Positions 25,847 through 36,627 of a stretch of DNA of 64,000 nt are shown here, one piece after another. The notes beneath the pieces were generated by a model that worked only from the letters and a program-made list of their open reading frames with translations, was not told the DNA's origin and made no database searches. A program made the translations under genes and the position numbers. Each line of letters opens with the position of its first letter. Position 1 is the first letter of the stretch. This stretch comes from a virus: positions 9,170 through 73,169 of IMG/VR virus record IMGVR_UViG_3300042465_004839. One strand, written 5' to 3'.

Positions 25847-27337
25847 ATGGCAGAAGATGTAACTTTAGGGTTAGGAGGTATATTAGGCGAAAGCACTAAT
25901 TTAAAACCACTAAATGATAGACCTTTTACAAAGGCAGCACAGGCAGAATTAACTTTAGGGTTAAAAGCAAAAGCTGATGAGGCTAAATTAGCTGCTGAAA
26001 AGGCTAAAATGGAAAAAGAATATGCAAATATTATTAAACCTCCTGCAAATGTAGATAAAATTGGAGCAGATAGAATTAAGCAATTAACTATTAATGGATT
26101 AATGTCAGGAGCATTTAAAACTCAAATGGGTGCAATGTTAGGGCAACAAGAAATGAATAGAGAGCAAGAATATAGTGACCAATACCGAGAAATAAAAAAA
26201 AGTGCTGATGATATACTTTTAACGCCAGATGAAAGAACTGCTTTAAAAAATGATGATTATACTGCTATGAAGAAATTTTCAGAAAATCCTAATAGTAATA
26301 TAGGATGGGATAAAGAATCTGGCAGACCATTTGTTAAAAAAATATTACCAGATGTTGATTTAAATGCCGAATACAAGAAATACTTGACATTTGGAAATGA
26401 TGTTAAATTAGATGATACAAAAACAAAAATTGTTTATGATGTAAATGGACACGCAAGTACTGTAAAAAAAATAGCACCAGAAGTTGTTGACATGAAAATT
26501 GACGCACTTTTCAGTAATCCAAATTTTGCTCCGAACTATTTACATAAAAATAGAGAAAAAGTAGCTGTTGAATTACCTGCTGAACTTGCAAAAGTAGATG
26601 CAAGTAACCCTGAAGCAGTTGCCAAAGCAACAAGCCTTGCAATTAAATCCGCAGTTAGAAAAGAATTAGACCCTATGTTTTATAAACAGGTAGATATTAA
26701 GGATAAACCTAAAAAAAGTGGTGGGTTAAATTTTAATTTTGGTAGTGGAGGTACAATTGGAAGTAATGGTATTGAAATGAAACCTGACCCTAATGATAGT
26801 GGACTTATAAATATTAAAAAAACAGTTCAGCCGGGAAAAGACCCTGAAGTATTAAGTGCAATATTACTTGATAAAAATGGACAACCACATAATTTTGGTA
26901 AGATAGAAGCATACAGAAAAATAGGAAAAGATAATTATAGGGTAATAGGATCAACTACAGAAAGTGGTACTGCTATTGCTAAGTCTATTGCAAATATTAG
27001 TGGAGAACAATTATCTAAATCAGTTGGAATGAGTAAAGATGCATTAGAACAATTTCCAGTTTCTTTTGAATATGATAAAGAAGTAGAGGCAAGAAATAAA
27101 AAGTTTGAAATATACTTTAAAAAACATCCAACAACAAAAGGTAAACCTACTACTCAAGAATCATTATATGGAGATATAGATGTAACAAGATATATAGCAT
27201 ATAGCCCAACTACAGCAGCAAAAGCAACTACAACAGCAAAGCCAACAGGTAAAACAATGACAAGTGCTGAATACAGAAAATTAACACCAACAGAAAGATC
27301 CGCATTTAAAACAAGCGGAGGTAAAGTAGAAGGATAA
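25847..27337 (+). CDS. putative internal virion (ejection) protein
   Basis: 496 aa, Cys-free, between pilot-like and giant cargo genes. Confidence 0.6.
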   Translation: MAEDVTLGLGGILGESTNLKPLNDRPFTKAAQAELTLGLKAKADEAKLAAEKAKMEKEYANIIKPPANVDKIGADRIKQLTINGLMSGAFKTQMGAMLGQQEMNREQEYSDQYREIKKSADDILLTPDERTALKNDDYTAMKKFSENPNSNIGWDKESGRPFVKKILPDVDLNAEYKKYLTFGNDVKLDDTKTKIVYDVNGHASTVKKIAPEVVDMKIDALFSNPNFAPNYLHKNREKVAVELPAELAKVDASNPEAVAKATSLAIKSAVRKELDPMFYKQVDIKDKPKKSGGLNFNFGSGGTIGSNGIEMKPDPNDSGLINIKKTVQPGKDPEVLSAILLDKNGQPHNFGKIEAYRKIGKDNYRVIGSTTESGTAIAKSIANISGEQLSKSVGMSKDALEQFPVSFEYDKEVEARNKKFEIYFKKHPTTKGKPTTQESLYGDIDVTRYIAYSPTTAAKATTTAKPTGKTMTSAEYRKLTPTERSAFKTSGGKVEG

Positions 27338-27341
27338 AAAT

Positions 27342-30300
27342 ATGCCAGATAAAATAAAAGAAGCATTTACTGCTATAAACGACAAAGAATTATTTTTAGA
27401 CGAACAAGACTTTAGGGATAATGTAATGAAAGACCCAAAAGGAACATTTGAAGCATTAAATAATTATGGTAAAACTAAAGGATTTTTTTTAGATTATGGA
27501 GATTTTGAAAGTGCTTTAGATTTAAAAAAAAAAGAGCCTACAGCACCATCTATACCAAATTTTTCAACAAGTTTGGGAGGGGATATGCAACCTTTGCCAA
27601 GTGGTGCAAAAAATATTTCCCAATCACCATTACAATCGAATATAAAAACAGAGTTTCCGACATACATTGACCCTACAAAACCTTTAAAAACAAAAGAGGT
27701 TATAGATGTAAATGCGGAGAAGAAACCTTTTGATAGTGAAGTAATAAGAAAAGAAAGAGAGGTAAGATTAGGTACACATAGAGAAAAGATAATGTCTTCT
27801 ATTGTTAAAGAACCTGACTTATATACTAAAAAAGCATCTAAGTCACATTATGGAACTATAGCAGTACCAGAAATGCCTAACATTGATAACATATCAAAGG
27901 CAATAGATTACTATGCAACAAAATTAGTTAAACAAGGTGAATACCTTAGCCCACTTGATAAACAATATTTAGTAAATAGTGTTGCTCAACAAGTAAAACA
28001 AAGGAAAAATATTGCAGATGCAGCAGCAAATGCAAGTCTTAGAGCAATAAACAGAAAAGAATTACCTGAATACGCTTACACAGGCGTAACTAATGCTAAA
28101 GGAGAAGTGTTAGTAAAAGGACTTTTTCAAGAAGCAAACGAAAAAATAATCAACGAACAAAATAAGGAAGTTGACAATTACAAAATAAATTCTGAAAATT
28201 TAACAAAAACAGTAGCAACAGAAGTTGCCCCAGAAGTAAATGCTTTAAAACTTGATGTTAAAGCCAAAGCAGAAATATTAAATCAAGAGGTAGAAACTGC
28301 TTTTAATAAATCATTTAACGAAAAAGACAAAGCTATGTATGACCAATACAATCAATTGGTTCAAAGTGGGCAAATGACTCCTGATGTAGCAAATAATGCT
28401 TTAAAAATAAAAAGAGAAGAATTACAAAAGCAGACACAAGCAGAGATAAGTGCTGCCTATGCTCCTAAGTTTGATGCATTAAATAAAGAATCTAACTTAA
28501 AATCAAAAGACATACAAAGTACATATAACAGAAACTACTTAGCAAAAGCAAACTTACTAAAAGAAACTACTAACAAAAAACTTCAAGAAATAGCCCAAAA
28601 AAATATGGTAAATATGCCTAAAGGGTATATGGAAAGATGGGCAAAGGATTTTCAAGAAAGTTTAGCTGAAATAGAAAAGAAAAACGTAAATCAAGCTTAT
28701 TTAGATGCTAAAAGAATGCCAGCAGAGGCAAGATTAGCAAAAGCAGTTTCTTTTGGGTTTGGTAATGTATTAGGCTCAATAGGAGGGGCTATGTCATTTG
28801 CAGGATTAGATGCAAGTGCAGTAAACGATGTAGTTATTAAAACTACAATGCAAAATGAACTTACAAGTAGTGCGTATTACCGAATTAAAGATGAAGAAGC
28901 AAAAGCAAATGGAACTCCACACGCTAATTTTGTAGAGAAACTTTCTGATCCTTCTTGGTGGTATGATAATATGGGAAGTACCGCACCATTTATGTTAGTA
29001 ACTATGCCAGTAGGTATAGCATCAGGTTATGGGGCAGGCTCTATAGCAAAATTATTAGGAGCGAGTAAAAGAGCAACAGCTATTGCAAGTGCAGTAGGTG
29101 GTGGTGCAGTAAGTTGGTATGGAGAAAACACATTAGAGGCAGGAAGTGCATTTAACGATGCTATTAATCAAGGGTACTCAGAAAACGATGCATCAGAAAT
29201 AGCAGCAAGAACATTTAGAAATAACATAATAACATTACCTCTAAGTGTATTCCAGCTAATGCCAGTATTTAGTAAATCATTTAAATTTACTAAAGCATTA
29301 CCGTTAGAAATAATTTCTGGAGGTGTTGAAGAAGTGTTTCAAGGTTGGTCACAAGCTGAAGCAAATGCAGCAGCAAATGGGTATGATGTAAGTTTATTTG
29401 AGTATGCTAAAACCCCACAAGCATTAGAGGAGGGAACTATTGGAGGTGCGATGCAAGCAGGTATGGCAATGTTTGCATTAAATGAAACTCCAAATATTGA
29501 CAAACAAATATCTGCATTAATGAGTTCTATAAGTGTAGGTGGCGAACAGTATGCAAGAGCAGTATTGGATGTAATGAACAAGAATCAAGCCATTACAGAT
29601 GCTGAATTTAAAGAAGCTAACCTACAAATAGACTACATCTTAAATGGTATTGAAAGTGTTCAAAACTTTAATGTAGACGACAATTTAAAGGCAGGATTAG
29701 TAGGTAAATTTGCTAAAATAGGCAGAGCAAAGGCATTAATTACAGATGATGAGAATGACTTGGCAAGTCAAGCTGCAAAAGAAATGATTGCAGAGCAAGA
29801 GAAGGATATAAAAGAAATTTTAAAAGGTAATACACCTTTATATTTAGTATTCCAAAAAGGGAATCCAATACCAACTTTAGCAAGTGAAGAGCAGTTTAAC
29901 ACAATACTAAAAGACCCAAAACTAAGAGAGGAATTTACATTACAAGCAATAAATGATGATGCATTGCAAAGTAAAATAGATGAAACATATAAAACAGGAG
30001 TAGTAACAGAAGAAGAAACAATAAATGCAGAACAAGAAATTATACCAGCAACTGAAACCCCTGCTGCACCACCTAGCGGTGTTAGTGGTGAGGTACAGGC
30101 ATCTGGTGATGTAGAAGCAAATATAGCCAACAGAAAAAGAAAAGATTTATTCCCTGACAAATCAAGATTTGCTAATGACGTAGGTCAAAGTGGAGAAAAC
30201 TCTCAAATATCATCATACAAAGAAGTAAATGGAATTGGATTATCAGAATATTCTAATCCTAAAAATGGTTTAGTAGATGTTATAATGACAGGAACTTCTG

Positions 30301-33300
30301 ATAATGATTATGTTGGATACATAAGAATATACGAAAACGGCAAGCCAACAAATAGATGGACATCTAAAATGTCAAACAAATCTGGCAATAAAGGCAACTT
30401 TAAAACCATGATAACAGAAGCTCAAAAATTACTTCCAGAGGGTCACGAATATACTGAAACTACAAATATATCTTTAGATGGTTTAAGGGTTTATGCTAAC
30501 AGTTTAAGCAGAGATTATGAAATAGCTACTGATGAAGATGGAAAACCTATAACAAATAATGTTGAATTAAATAATGCAACATTAGCAGCACTACAAGGCG
30601 CAAAAAATCAACAAGAAACTGAAGATTTGTTTGACACTAAACGAGGAATTACAAGAGATGAATTTAATCAAATAAAAGAGCAAGTAAATAAATTATTGCC
30701 AAATACAAGATTATTATTTGACACGGCAAATGGAATTGTAACAATACAATTACCTGTACTAAAATCAACTAAAAAACAATTAACAACTAACGAACAACAA
30801 AAAGCATCTAAAAAAGTTGCTGAAGTAACTCCTAAAGAAGGCGACAGCGTTATTATAAAATCACGTTTTGGTCGTGATGAAAAGTTGGTATTTAATAAAG
30901 GAGAGTGGAGAGTACAATTTGGTAAAGATGAATTTAGTGATATTGGTAAGGCTGCTCAACAAGAAGCTCAAGATGCATTTAATAAAAAGAATGAACCTGT
31001 TGCTGAGGTTAAGGAACAAGCACCTGTAGTTAAGGAACAAGCTCCTAATAGGGCAGAAGGAAATGTTAAAGTAAAATCTTTTAAACAAGGAGATGGCGGA
31101 ACAAAAGGAGTTTTTGAAGGAGAAGATGGTAAACTTTATAAATCTATTGAGCCACAAGAATCAGTTCAAGACAAAGAAGGAAACTTTAAGCGTCAAACCA
31201 TTAAAGATACACTAACAGACGAGCATAAAATATTGTCTGAACTTCAAGATAACCCTCATGTACCTAAAGTAGGTAAAATTGTAGATACTACGGAAGGCAA
31301 AGCTTTTGAAATAGAAAAATTAGATGAAGTTGATACTTTTACTAAAGATGAGTATAGGGAAATTCAAAAAATACTAAATGACTTAAACGACAAAGGTTAT
31401 CATGTAGGAGATAGAGTTACTGTTATGAAACGCCCAAAAACAGGCGAACTTGTTATTATTGATTTTTCTGCTGGGTACAAAGGAAGTAGAATGTCAAGAG
31501 ATGCCGATGAATATATGGGTGACGTAGCAAAGAAACTAAGTAAATCTGATGCTATAAATATTAAATTAGAAGACTTGTCAGAAATAAATAGAGAACAAGC
31601 AGATGCTTTTTTTGACAAAGAATCAACTACTGAATACTACTTAACACAAAGACCTCCAAGCATAGGAACACACCCAACAGAAGGATTATTATCGGTTAAC
31701 GAAGCAGAATATAGAAACAGAAAAAATGTTTATATACTTAAATATGATAGAAAACTTACACCAAACGAAATAGCTAACTTTGAACTAACTCCTAAAGTAA
31801 CAAATAAAGAATTTTTAGGTCAAAAAATATTAGGTGTATATGGTAAAGTTCCATTTTATGTAACTAAAATAGATTACAAAAATGGAACTGTAAAAATGGC
31901 TGCGGAGGTAGTTGGAAAAGAAGTAGAAAAAGAAATTTCTTTTAGGGAGTTTAGTAAAAATATAGACGAAGGTAAATATAAAGTAGAAACACCCAAAGAA
32001 GAAAAACCTGTTAAGGAACAAAAAGAGCCTGTTAAGGAACAAACTGAAAAAGAAAAGGCTAAAGAAAAGGCTAAGGAAGAATTAAGAGCAAGAGCAGCAA
32101 AAGCTAAAGCTGAGGCTATTAGTGCTGCACAAAAAGTTCAACAAGCATTAGAGGCAACAGGAATAACTGTTGAAGTAGTTGATAGTGAGCAAGAGTTCCA
32201 AGATAAATTAGATGCTGAGGGTGTTAATAGAGCAAGTTCAGCAGGTAAAAGCGGTGTATTTATATCTAAGTCAGGTAAAATATTTATTAACGGTAGCAAG
32301 GTTGATGCTAACTGGGGTAGTGTAGATGTATGGCACGAAGGAACTCACCCTATTATTAACATAATAAGGAACACAAACCCTAAACTATACAATTCAATAA
32401 TAGATGGACTAAATAAATTAGTTACAAGTAATCCAGAGATTGCTGATGTTTTAAAGTGGGCGCAAAAAAATTATAAAGGCAAAAACACTTTAGAGGATGA
32501 AACTATAACTGAAACCATAGCAAGAATAGCAAATGGCAATATAGATATATCAAAGATACCTACATCATTAAGAGATAAGATAATAGATTTCATTAATGAG
32601 ATTGCTAAGTCATTAGGAATAAAACCTATGTTCAAAAGTTCTAATGTTGCAACATTTAAAAAGATAGCAGGCGAAATATCTGCTGCACTTAAAGAAGGTA
32701 AAGATATTAGTAGTATAGTAGGTGCAGAAAATGTTAAGAATTATGAGTCAAAAATAACAATAGAAGACTCAGAGTCTTATGTTAAAAAAGCAAATGAATC
32801 AGAAACATCAGAAGGTATTAATAATGAAAATATATCTATTAGCGATATAAGCGGTAACTCTAGAAAAGGCATTCAGTTTTCAAAAGGCAAGGAAAGAACC
32901 GAAGAGAAAGCTAAAGAAACAGTTGAAGATAAAATCAAGGCAGAAACAATAAAAGCAGTAAAAAAATCTATATTAGACTACAAAAGTTTAAAAGGTAAAA
33001 TATCAAGAACACTATTTTATGATAACACAAGGGTTGGTTCTTTAGAAATAAAAAACAGAATTACAGGATACACTCCACCTGTTATGGGTAAGGGTGGCTT
33101 CTTTTATTCTTATATGCCTAGTTCTTTAAAAAATAAAGCAGTATTAGCATTTACAAGTATTAACCAAGCCATACAAACCTTAAAGAGGCAAATGCTATAC
33201 CCTGATGGGTTACAGGCTATTGCTGCTCAAAATTTTCAAACTGCACATCTTGGGAATAAGTCTACCTTAGAAGCATTGTTTGGGAAAAGTGGTTCTGAAA

Positions 33301-36300
33301 ATTTAGGCATATTTCAAGACTCTGTAAAAGATGTAAAAAACAATCCGAATGGGGAAGCTGAGTTGCTAGAAACATTGAAAAAAGCAACAATAGATATTGC
33401 CAATCAAAAAGTGCAGTCAGGAGTTAATGAAGGCAAGCCAACGGCATCAGCAGAAGAGATAAAAAAAATAATAGAAAGAAATGGAGGAAATTTAGATGGT
33501 ATAAAATCACTTGATGATTATAGGGATAAAGTTTTGACATTTACAGGAGGTGACTCATTTGGAGCAAGAAATATATTATTTACTGAAGTACTTCAAGAAA
33601 AACCAACAAAAATAACTAAATCCACAAGGGAATCTCACCAAATAATACATTATAAGTATGGCATTCCTACCTTATCTGAAATAGCCGAAGGTAATAATCA
33701 AAGTGAACTAAATAATGCCGAAACAGGAGATGTTGTTAAATTTGTAAAGCCATACACAGACCCTGTTGTATACACTACTGACAAAAAAATATATAAACAA
33801 TACTCTGAAAATCCAACGCCTGAAATGGTTGAGAATGGCATTAAAATAAAGTTATTGCCTAAAGATGCTGCACACGAATCTTATGCTTTTGTTTTAAAAG
33901 GTGAAAACGTAGGTTTGTTAGACAACTACATTTCAGCCACTCAGTTATATGAAAAAAATGAAAAAATAGCCAACACCCCTAAAAAGCAAAGTTTTTATAA
34001 AGTGGGAAGGATGCCTGCAAATGCAGAGGCTGGAGTGTATCCAGAAAACCCCATTGCTCAGGGAAAGGCTCAATACTCACAAGGGAACAGAGATGCTGTT
34101 GCAAATAAGAATACAGAAAAAAATAATATTATAATAAAAGATAATAACATAGAGGGCAAACTTCTTAACAATCAAGAGTCACAAAAATTACAAAAAGAAA
34201 TTGAATCTAAATATAATGACTCAGGAATACAAAAATTTGGACAAGAAAATGAAGATATACGTCAGAATTTATATAACTATGATAACCCATTAGCAGAAAA
34301 AGATGTAAATGGGATTAATATAAGAATTGCAGAGGGATTATTAGAGGGAGATAAATATTCTGGAAACAGGAAAAAAACTTATTTGTTATATGCAGATGGT
34401 AAGATAGCAGGTAAATTCTATTCTGTAGCAGATGCAAAAAAAGTTGTAAGTTTTATTGAGCAAAACTTAATAAAACCAAAATCATTAGCACCAAGTAATC
34501 CTCAATACTCTCAAGGTAACAGAGATGCTGTTGCTAATGAAAACTTAATAAATGGATTCTATTCACCATTAGAGAAAACAATTAACGATTCTAAGCAAGA
34601 TAAGATGCCTGCTAAACAATGGATAGAAAAGTTTGCTAAAGGTGAAGAAGCTAAATGGACAGGACTAACTGATTGGTTAAGCTCTCAAACAGGCTCGGTA
34701 TCTAAAGCAGATATTCAGCAATACTTAAAGGACAATAGAATAGAAATTGAGGAAAAAGTTAAAGGAAGTTCTGATTGGATTAAAGAAGGTAAATCATATT
34801 TTTCACAAAATAAAAAATATGAAATAAGAGATTTAGGTGATAATGAATATACAGTAATTAAAGATGGCAGATATAATTTAGGTAGTCGTGATGGTCTTGA
34901 AAGGGCTAAAGAACTTGCATTTGAAGATGGATATTCAAATGAAGAAGATATAAATAATGACACTAACTTTGGCAACCGACCTGATTTACAATTAGAAGGA
35001 GAGAAAGAAAATTACAAAGAGATATTGGTGACGTTGCCAAATAAAGAAGCAATAAAAGAATCTGAAATTGAAGAAAAAAGACGAAAAGCTGGAATTATGG
35101 ATAATTTTAACTTTGAAACAATGGGTTATAATGATACTCGAAATGTTCCAAAGTTTGTATCATCTCACTTTGATGAACCCAACATACTCGTTCATTTAAG
35201 GATGAATACTCGTATAGATTCAAATGGTAATAAAGTATTGTTAATTGAAGAAGCACAAAGCGATTGGGGTCAAACAGGGAAAAAGAAAGGGTTTAAACCA
35301 ACTTTTGAAATTAGAAACGAAAAAGGTATGTTCAATGTTTATTCTTCTGTAAACAATATGAAAGAACCTGCATTTTCTTTTGATACAAAGGAAGATGCAA
35401 ATAAAATGCTTGAAACTTTAAATAAAACAAATGAAAGTAAAGTTCCAACTGCACCATTTGTAATGGACACAAATGCATGGGCTAAACTTGGTTTAAAGGT
35501 AGCATTAAAAGAAGCAGTTGCACAAGGAGTTGATAAGATTGCTTGGACTACTGGAGAGCAACAAAATGATAGGTATGATTTAAGCAAACAAGTTGATGAA
35601 ATCAATTACAGTAAAAATTCAGATGGAACTTATGATGTATCCGCCAACAAAAATGACAACCAAGTATTTGACAAGTCTTACATAAAAGAAAATGAATTAG
35701 AGGGAATAGTAGGCAAAGAAGTTGCTCAAAGAATAATAAACAATGAGGGTAAAGAACCGGTAAGGGGTAGTGGTAATTATAAAAAATCATTAAGTGGTGA
35801 TGGATTAAAAGTTGGCGGTAAAGGAATGAAAGGCTTTTACGGATCACCAACAGAAGGTAAATTAGGTATAGTAGGTGAGGTTGCTAAGAGTTTGTTTAAG
35901 CAAGAACCGAAAACGGTAAGTATAGAAGGAATATTAAGTTTTAATGTTTACGATAATAAAGATGGGAATTTGCAAGGTAATTTTGCCGACTTTAATTCTG
36001 CAAAAGAATTTGCAAAAAAAATAGATGGTAGTGTTCAAAAAACAAATATTTCAACTCAAAATTCAATAGACATAACACCAGAGTTAAAAGCACAAGTTGA
36101 AGAAGGTCTGCCTCAATTCTCGCAAGGGAGTAGAGATATACAATCTCTTGTAGATATAATTACAGAAACTCAAGAAAAAGGACAATTAGATGATAATGAA
36201 ATAGCAGAAACTTTAGAAGCTTCTTACTCTAAAGAAGAAATTCAAGAAGCATTTGATTATATCAATAACCCACCTATAAATGAGCCTACTGCAACAGAAA

Positions 36301-36581
36301 CTGTAGAACCATCTAAAGTTGAATCTGAAAAAGTAGTTAATTCATTAAACACAGCAGAAGTAGAGGCGGTAGCAAAAGCTTTAGCAAAGGAAGAAAAGAA
36401 AGGATTTGATAAAACCAATAATACCGAAAGGAATAATGCAAGGAATAAAGAAGCAGAAAAGGAATTAAAGGATTTGGAAAATGCTGCTACCGTACTTGCT
36501 ATAACTCAAAATATAAATGAGATTAGAGCAAAATTACTCGAAAATGGTAACATAAAAACTATTGACTGTAAATGGGGATAA
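27342..36581 (+). CDS. giant polyvalent cargo protein (membrane-type N-terminal region, GNAT-like, kinase-like, DarA_C-like, zincin peptidase, further modules)
   Basis: 3079 aa; Gly/Ala hydrophobic segments ~aa 470-720; kinase-like HVGD...IIDFS; RPPSIG...YDRKLT..EI..FEL; HEGTH; IEEAQSDW module. Confidence 0.8.
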   Translation: MPDKIKEAFTAINDKELFLDEQDFRDNVMKDPKGTFEALNNYGKTKGFFLDYGDFESALDLKKKEPTAPSIPNFSTSLGGDMQPLPSGAKNISQSPLQSNIKTEFPTYIDPTKPLKTKEVIDVNAEKKPFDSEVIRKEREVRLGTHREKIMSSIVKEPDLYTKKASKSHYGTIAVPEMPNIDNISKAIDYYATKLVKQGEYLSPLDKQYLVNSVAQQVKQRKNIADAAANASLRAINRKELPEYAYTGVTNAKGEVLVKGLFQEANEKIINEQNKEVDNYKINSENLTKTVATEVAPEVNALKLDVKAKAEILNQEVETAFNKSFNEKDKAMYDQYNQLVQSGQMTPDVANNALKIKREELQKQTQAEISAAYAPKFDALNKESNLKSKDIQSTYNRNYLAKANLLKETTNKKLQEIAQKNMVNMPKGYMERWAKDFQESLAEIEKKNVNQAYLDAKRMPAEARLAKAVSFGFGNVLGSIGGAMSFAGLDASAVNDVVIKTTMQNELTSSAYYRIKDEEAKANGTPHANFVEKLSDPSWWYDNMGSTAPFMLVTMPVGIASGYGAGSIAKLLGASKRATAIASAVGGGAVSWYGENTLEAGSAFNDAINQGYSENDASEIAARTFRNNIITLPLSVFQLMPVFSKSFKFTKALPLEIISGGVEEVFQGWSQAEANAAANGYDVSLFEYAKTPQALEEGTIGGAMQAGMAMFALNETPNIDKQISALMSSISVGGEQYARAVLDVMNKNQAITDAEFKEANLQIDYILNGIESVQNFNVDDNLKAGLVGKFAKIGRAKALITDDENDLASQAAKEMIAEQEKDIKEILKGNTPLYLVFQKGNPIPTLASEEQFNTILKDPKLREEFTLQAINDDALQSKIDETYKTGVVTEEETINAEQEIIPATETPAAPPSGVSGEVQASGDVEANIANRKRKDLFPDKSRFANDVGQSGENSQISSYKEVNGIGLSEYSNPKNGLVDVIMTGTSDNDYVGYIRIYENGKPTNRWTSKMSNKSGNKGNFKTMITEAQKLLPEGHEYTETTNISLDGLRVYANSLSRDYEIATDEDGKPITNNVELNNATLAALQGAKNQQETEDLFDTKRGITRDEFNQIKEQVNKLLPNTRLLFDTANGIVTIQLPVLKSTKKQLTTNEQQKASKKVAEVTPKEGDSVIIKSRFGRDEKLVFNKGEWRVQFGKDEFSDIGKAAQQEAQDAFNKKNEPVAEVKEQAPVVKEQAPNRAEGNVKVKSFKQGDGGTKGVFEGEDGKLYKSIEPQESVQDKEGNFKRQTIKDTLTDEHKILSELQDNPHVPKVGKIVDTTEGKAFEIEKLDEVDTFTKDEYREIQKILNDLNDKGYHVGDRVTVMKRPKTGELVIIDFSAGYKGSRMSRDADEYMGDVAKKLSKSDAINIKLEDLSEINREQADAFFDKESTTEYYLTQRPPSIGTHPTEGLLSVNEAEYRNRKNVYILKYDRKLTPNEIANFELTPKVTNKEFLGQKILGVYGKVPFYVTKIDYKNGTVKMAAEVVGKEVEKEISFREFSKNIDEGKYKVETPKEEKPVKEQKEPVKEQTEKEKAKEKAKEELRARAAKAKAEAISAAQKVQQALEATGITVEVVDSEQEFQDKLDAEGVNRASSAGKSGVFISKSGKIFINGSKVDANWGSVDVWHEGTHPIINIIRNTNPKLYNSIIDGLNKLVTSNPEIADVLKWAQKNYKGKNTLEDETITETIARIANGNIDISKIPTSLRDKIIDFINEIAKSLGIKPMFKSSNVATFKKIAGEISAALKEGKDISSIVGAENVKNYESKITIEDSESYVKKANESETSEGINNENISISDISGNSRKGIQFSKGKERTEEKAKETVEDKIKAETIKAVKKSILDYKSLKGKISRTLFYDNTRVGSLEIKNRITGYTPPVMGKGGFFYSYMPSSLKNKAVLAFTSINQAIQTLKRQMLYPDGLQAIAAQNFQTAHLGNKSTLEALFGKSGSENLGIFQDSVKDVKNNPNGEAELLETLKKATIDIANQKVQSGVNEGKPTASAEEIKKIIERNGGNLDGIKSLDDYRDKVLTFTGGDSFGARNILFTEVLQEKPTKITKSTRESHQIIHYKYGIPTLSEIAEGNNQSELNNAETGDVVKFVKPYTDPVVYTTDKKIYKQYSENPTPEMVENGIKIKLLPKDAAHESYAFVLKGENVGLLDNYISATQLYEKNEKIANTPKKQSFYKVGRMPANAEAGVYPENPIAQGKAQYSQGNRDAVANKNTEKNNIIIKDNNIEGKLLNNQESQKLQKEIESKYNDSGIQKFGQENEDIRQNLYNYDNPLAEKDVNGINIRIAEGLLEGDKYSGNRKKTYLLYADGKIAGKFYSVADAKKVVSFIEQNLIKPKSLAPSNPQYSQGNRDAVANENLINGFYSPLEKTINDSKQDKMPAKQWIEKFAKGEEAKWTGLTDWLSSQTGSVSKADIQQYLKDNRIEIEEKVKGSSDWIKEGKSYFSQNKKYEIRDLGDNEYTVIKDGRYNLGSRDGLERAKELAFEDGYSNEEDINNDTNFGNRPDLQLEGEKENYKEILVTLPNKEAIKESEIEEKRRKAGIMDNFNFETMGYNDTRNVPKFVSSHFDEPNILVHLRMNTRIDSNGNKVLLIEEAQSDWGQTGKKKGFKPTFEIRNEKGMFNVYSSVNNMKEPAFSFDTKEDANKMLETLNKTNESKVPTAPFVMDTNAWAKLGLKVALKEAVAQGVDKIAWTTGEQQNDRYDLSKQVDEINYSKNSDGTYDVSANKNDNQVFDKSYIKENELEGIVGKEVAQRIINNEGKEPVRGSGNYKKSLSGDGLKVGGKGMKGFYGSPTEGKLGIVGEVAKSLFKQEPKTVSIEGILSFNVYDNKDGNLQGNFADFNSAKEFAKKIDGSVQKTNISTQNSIDITPELKAQVEEGLPQFSQGSRDIQSLVDIITETQEKGQLDDNEIAETLEASYSKEEIQEAFDYINNPPINEPTATETVEPSKVESEKVVNSLNTAEVEAVAKALAKEEKKGFDKTNNTERNNARNKEAEKELKDLENAATVLAITQNINEIRAKLLENGNIKTIDCKWG

Positions 36582-36627
36582 AAATGAAAATTAGGAATTT
36601 ATTGTTAAAAATAGGTATATTTGCAAT

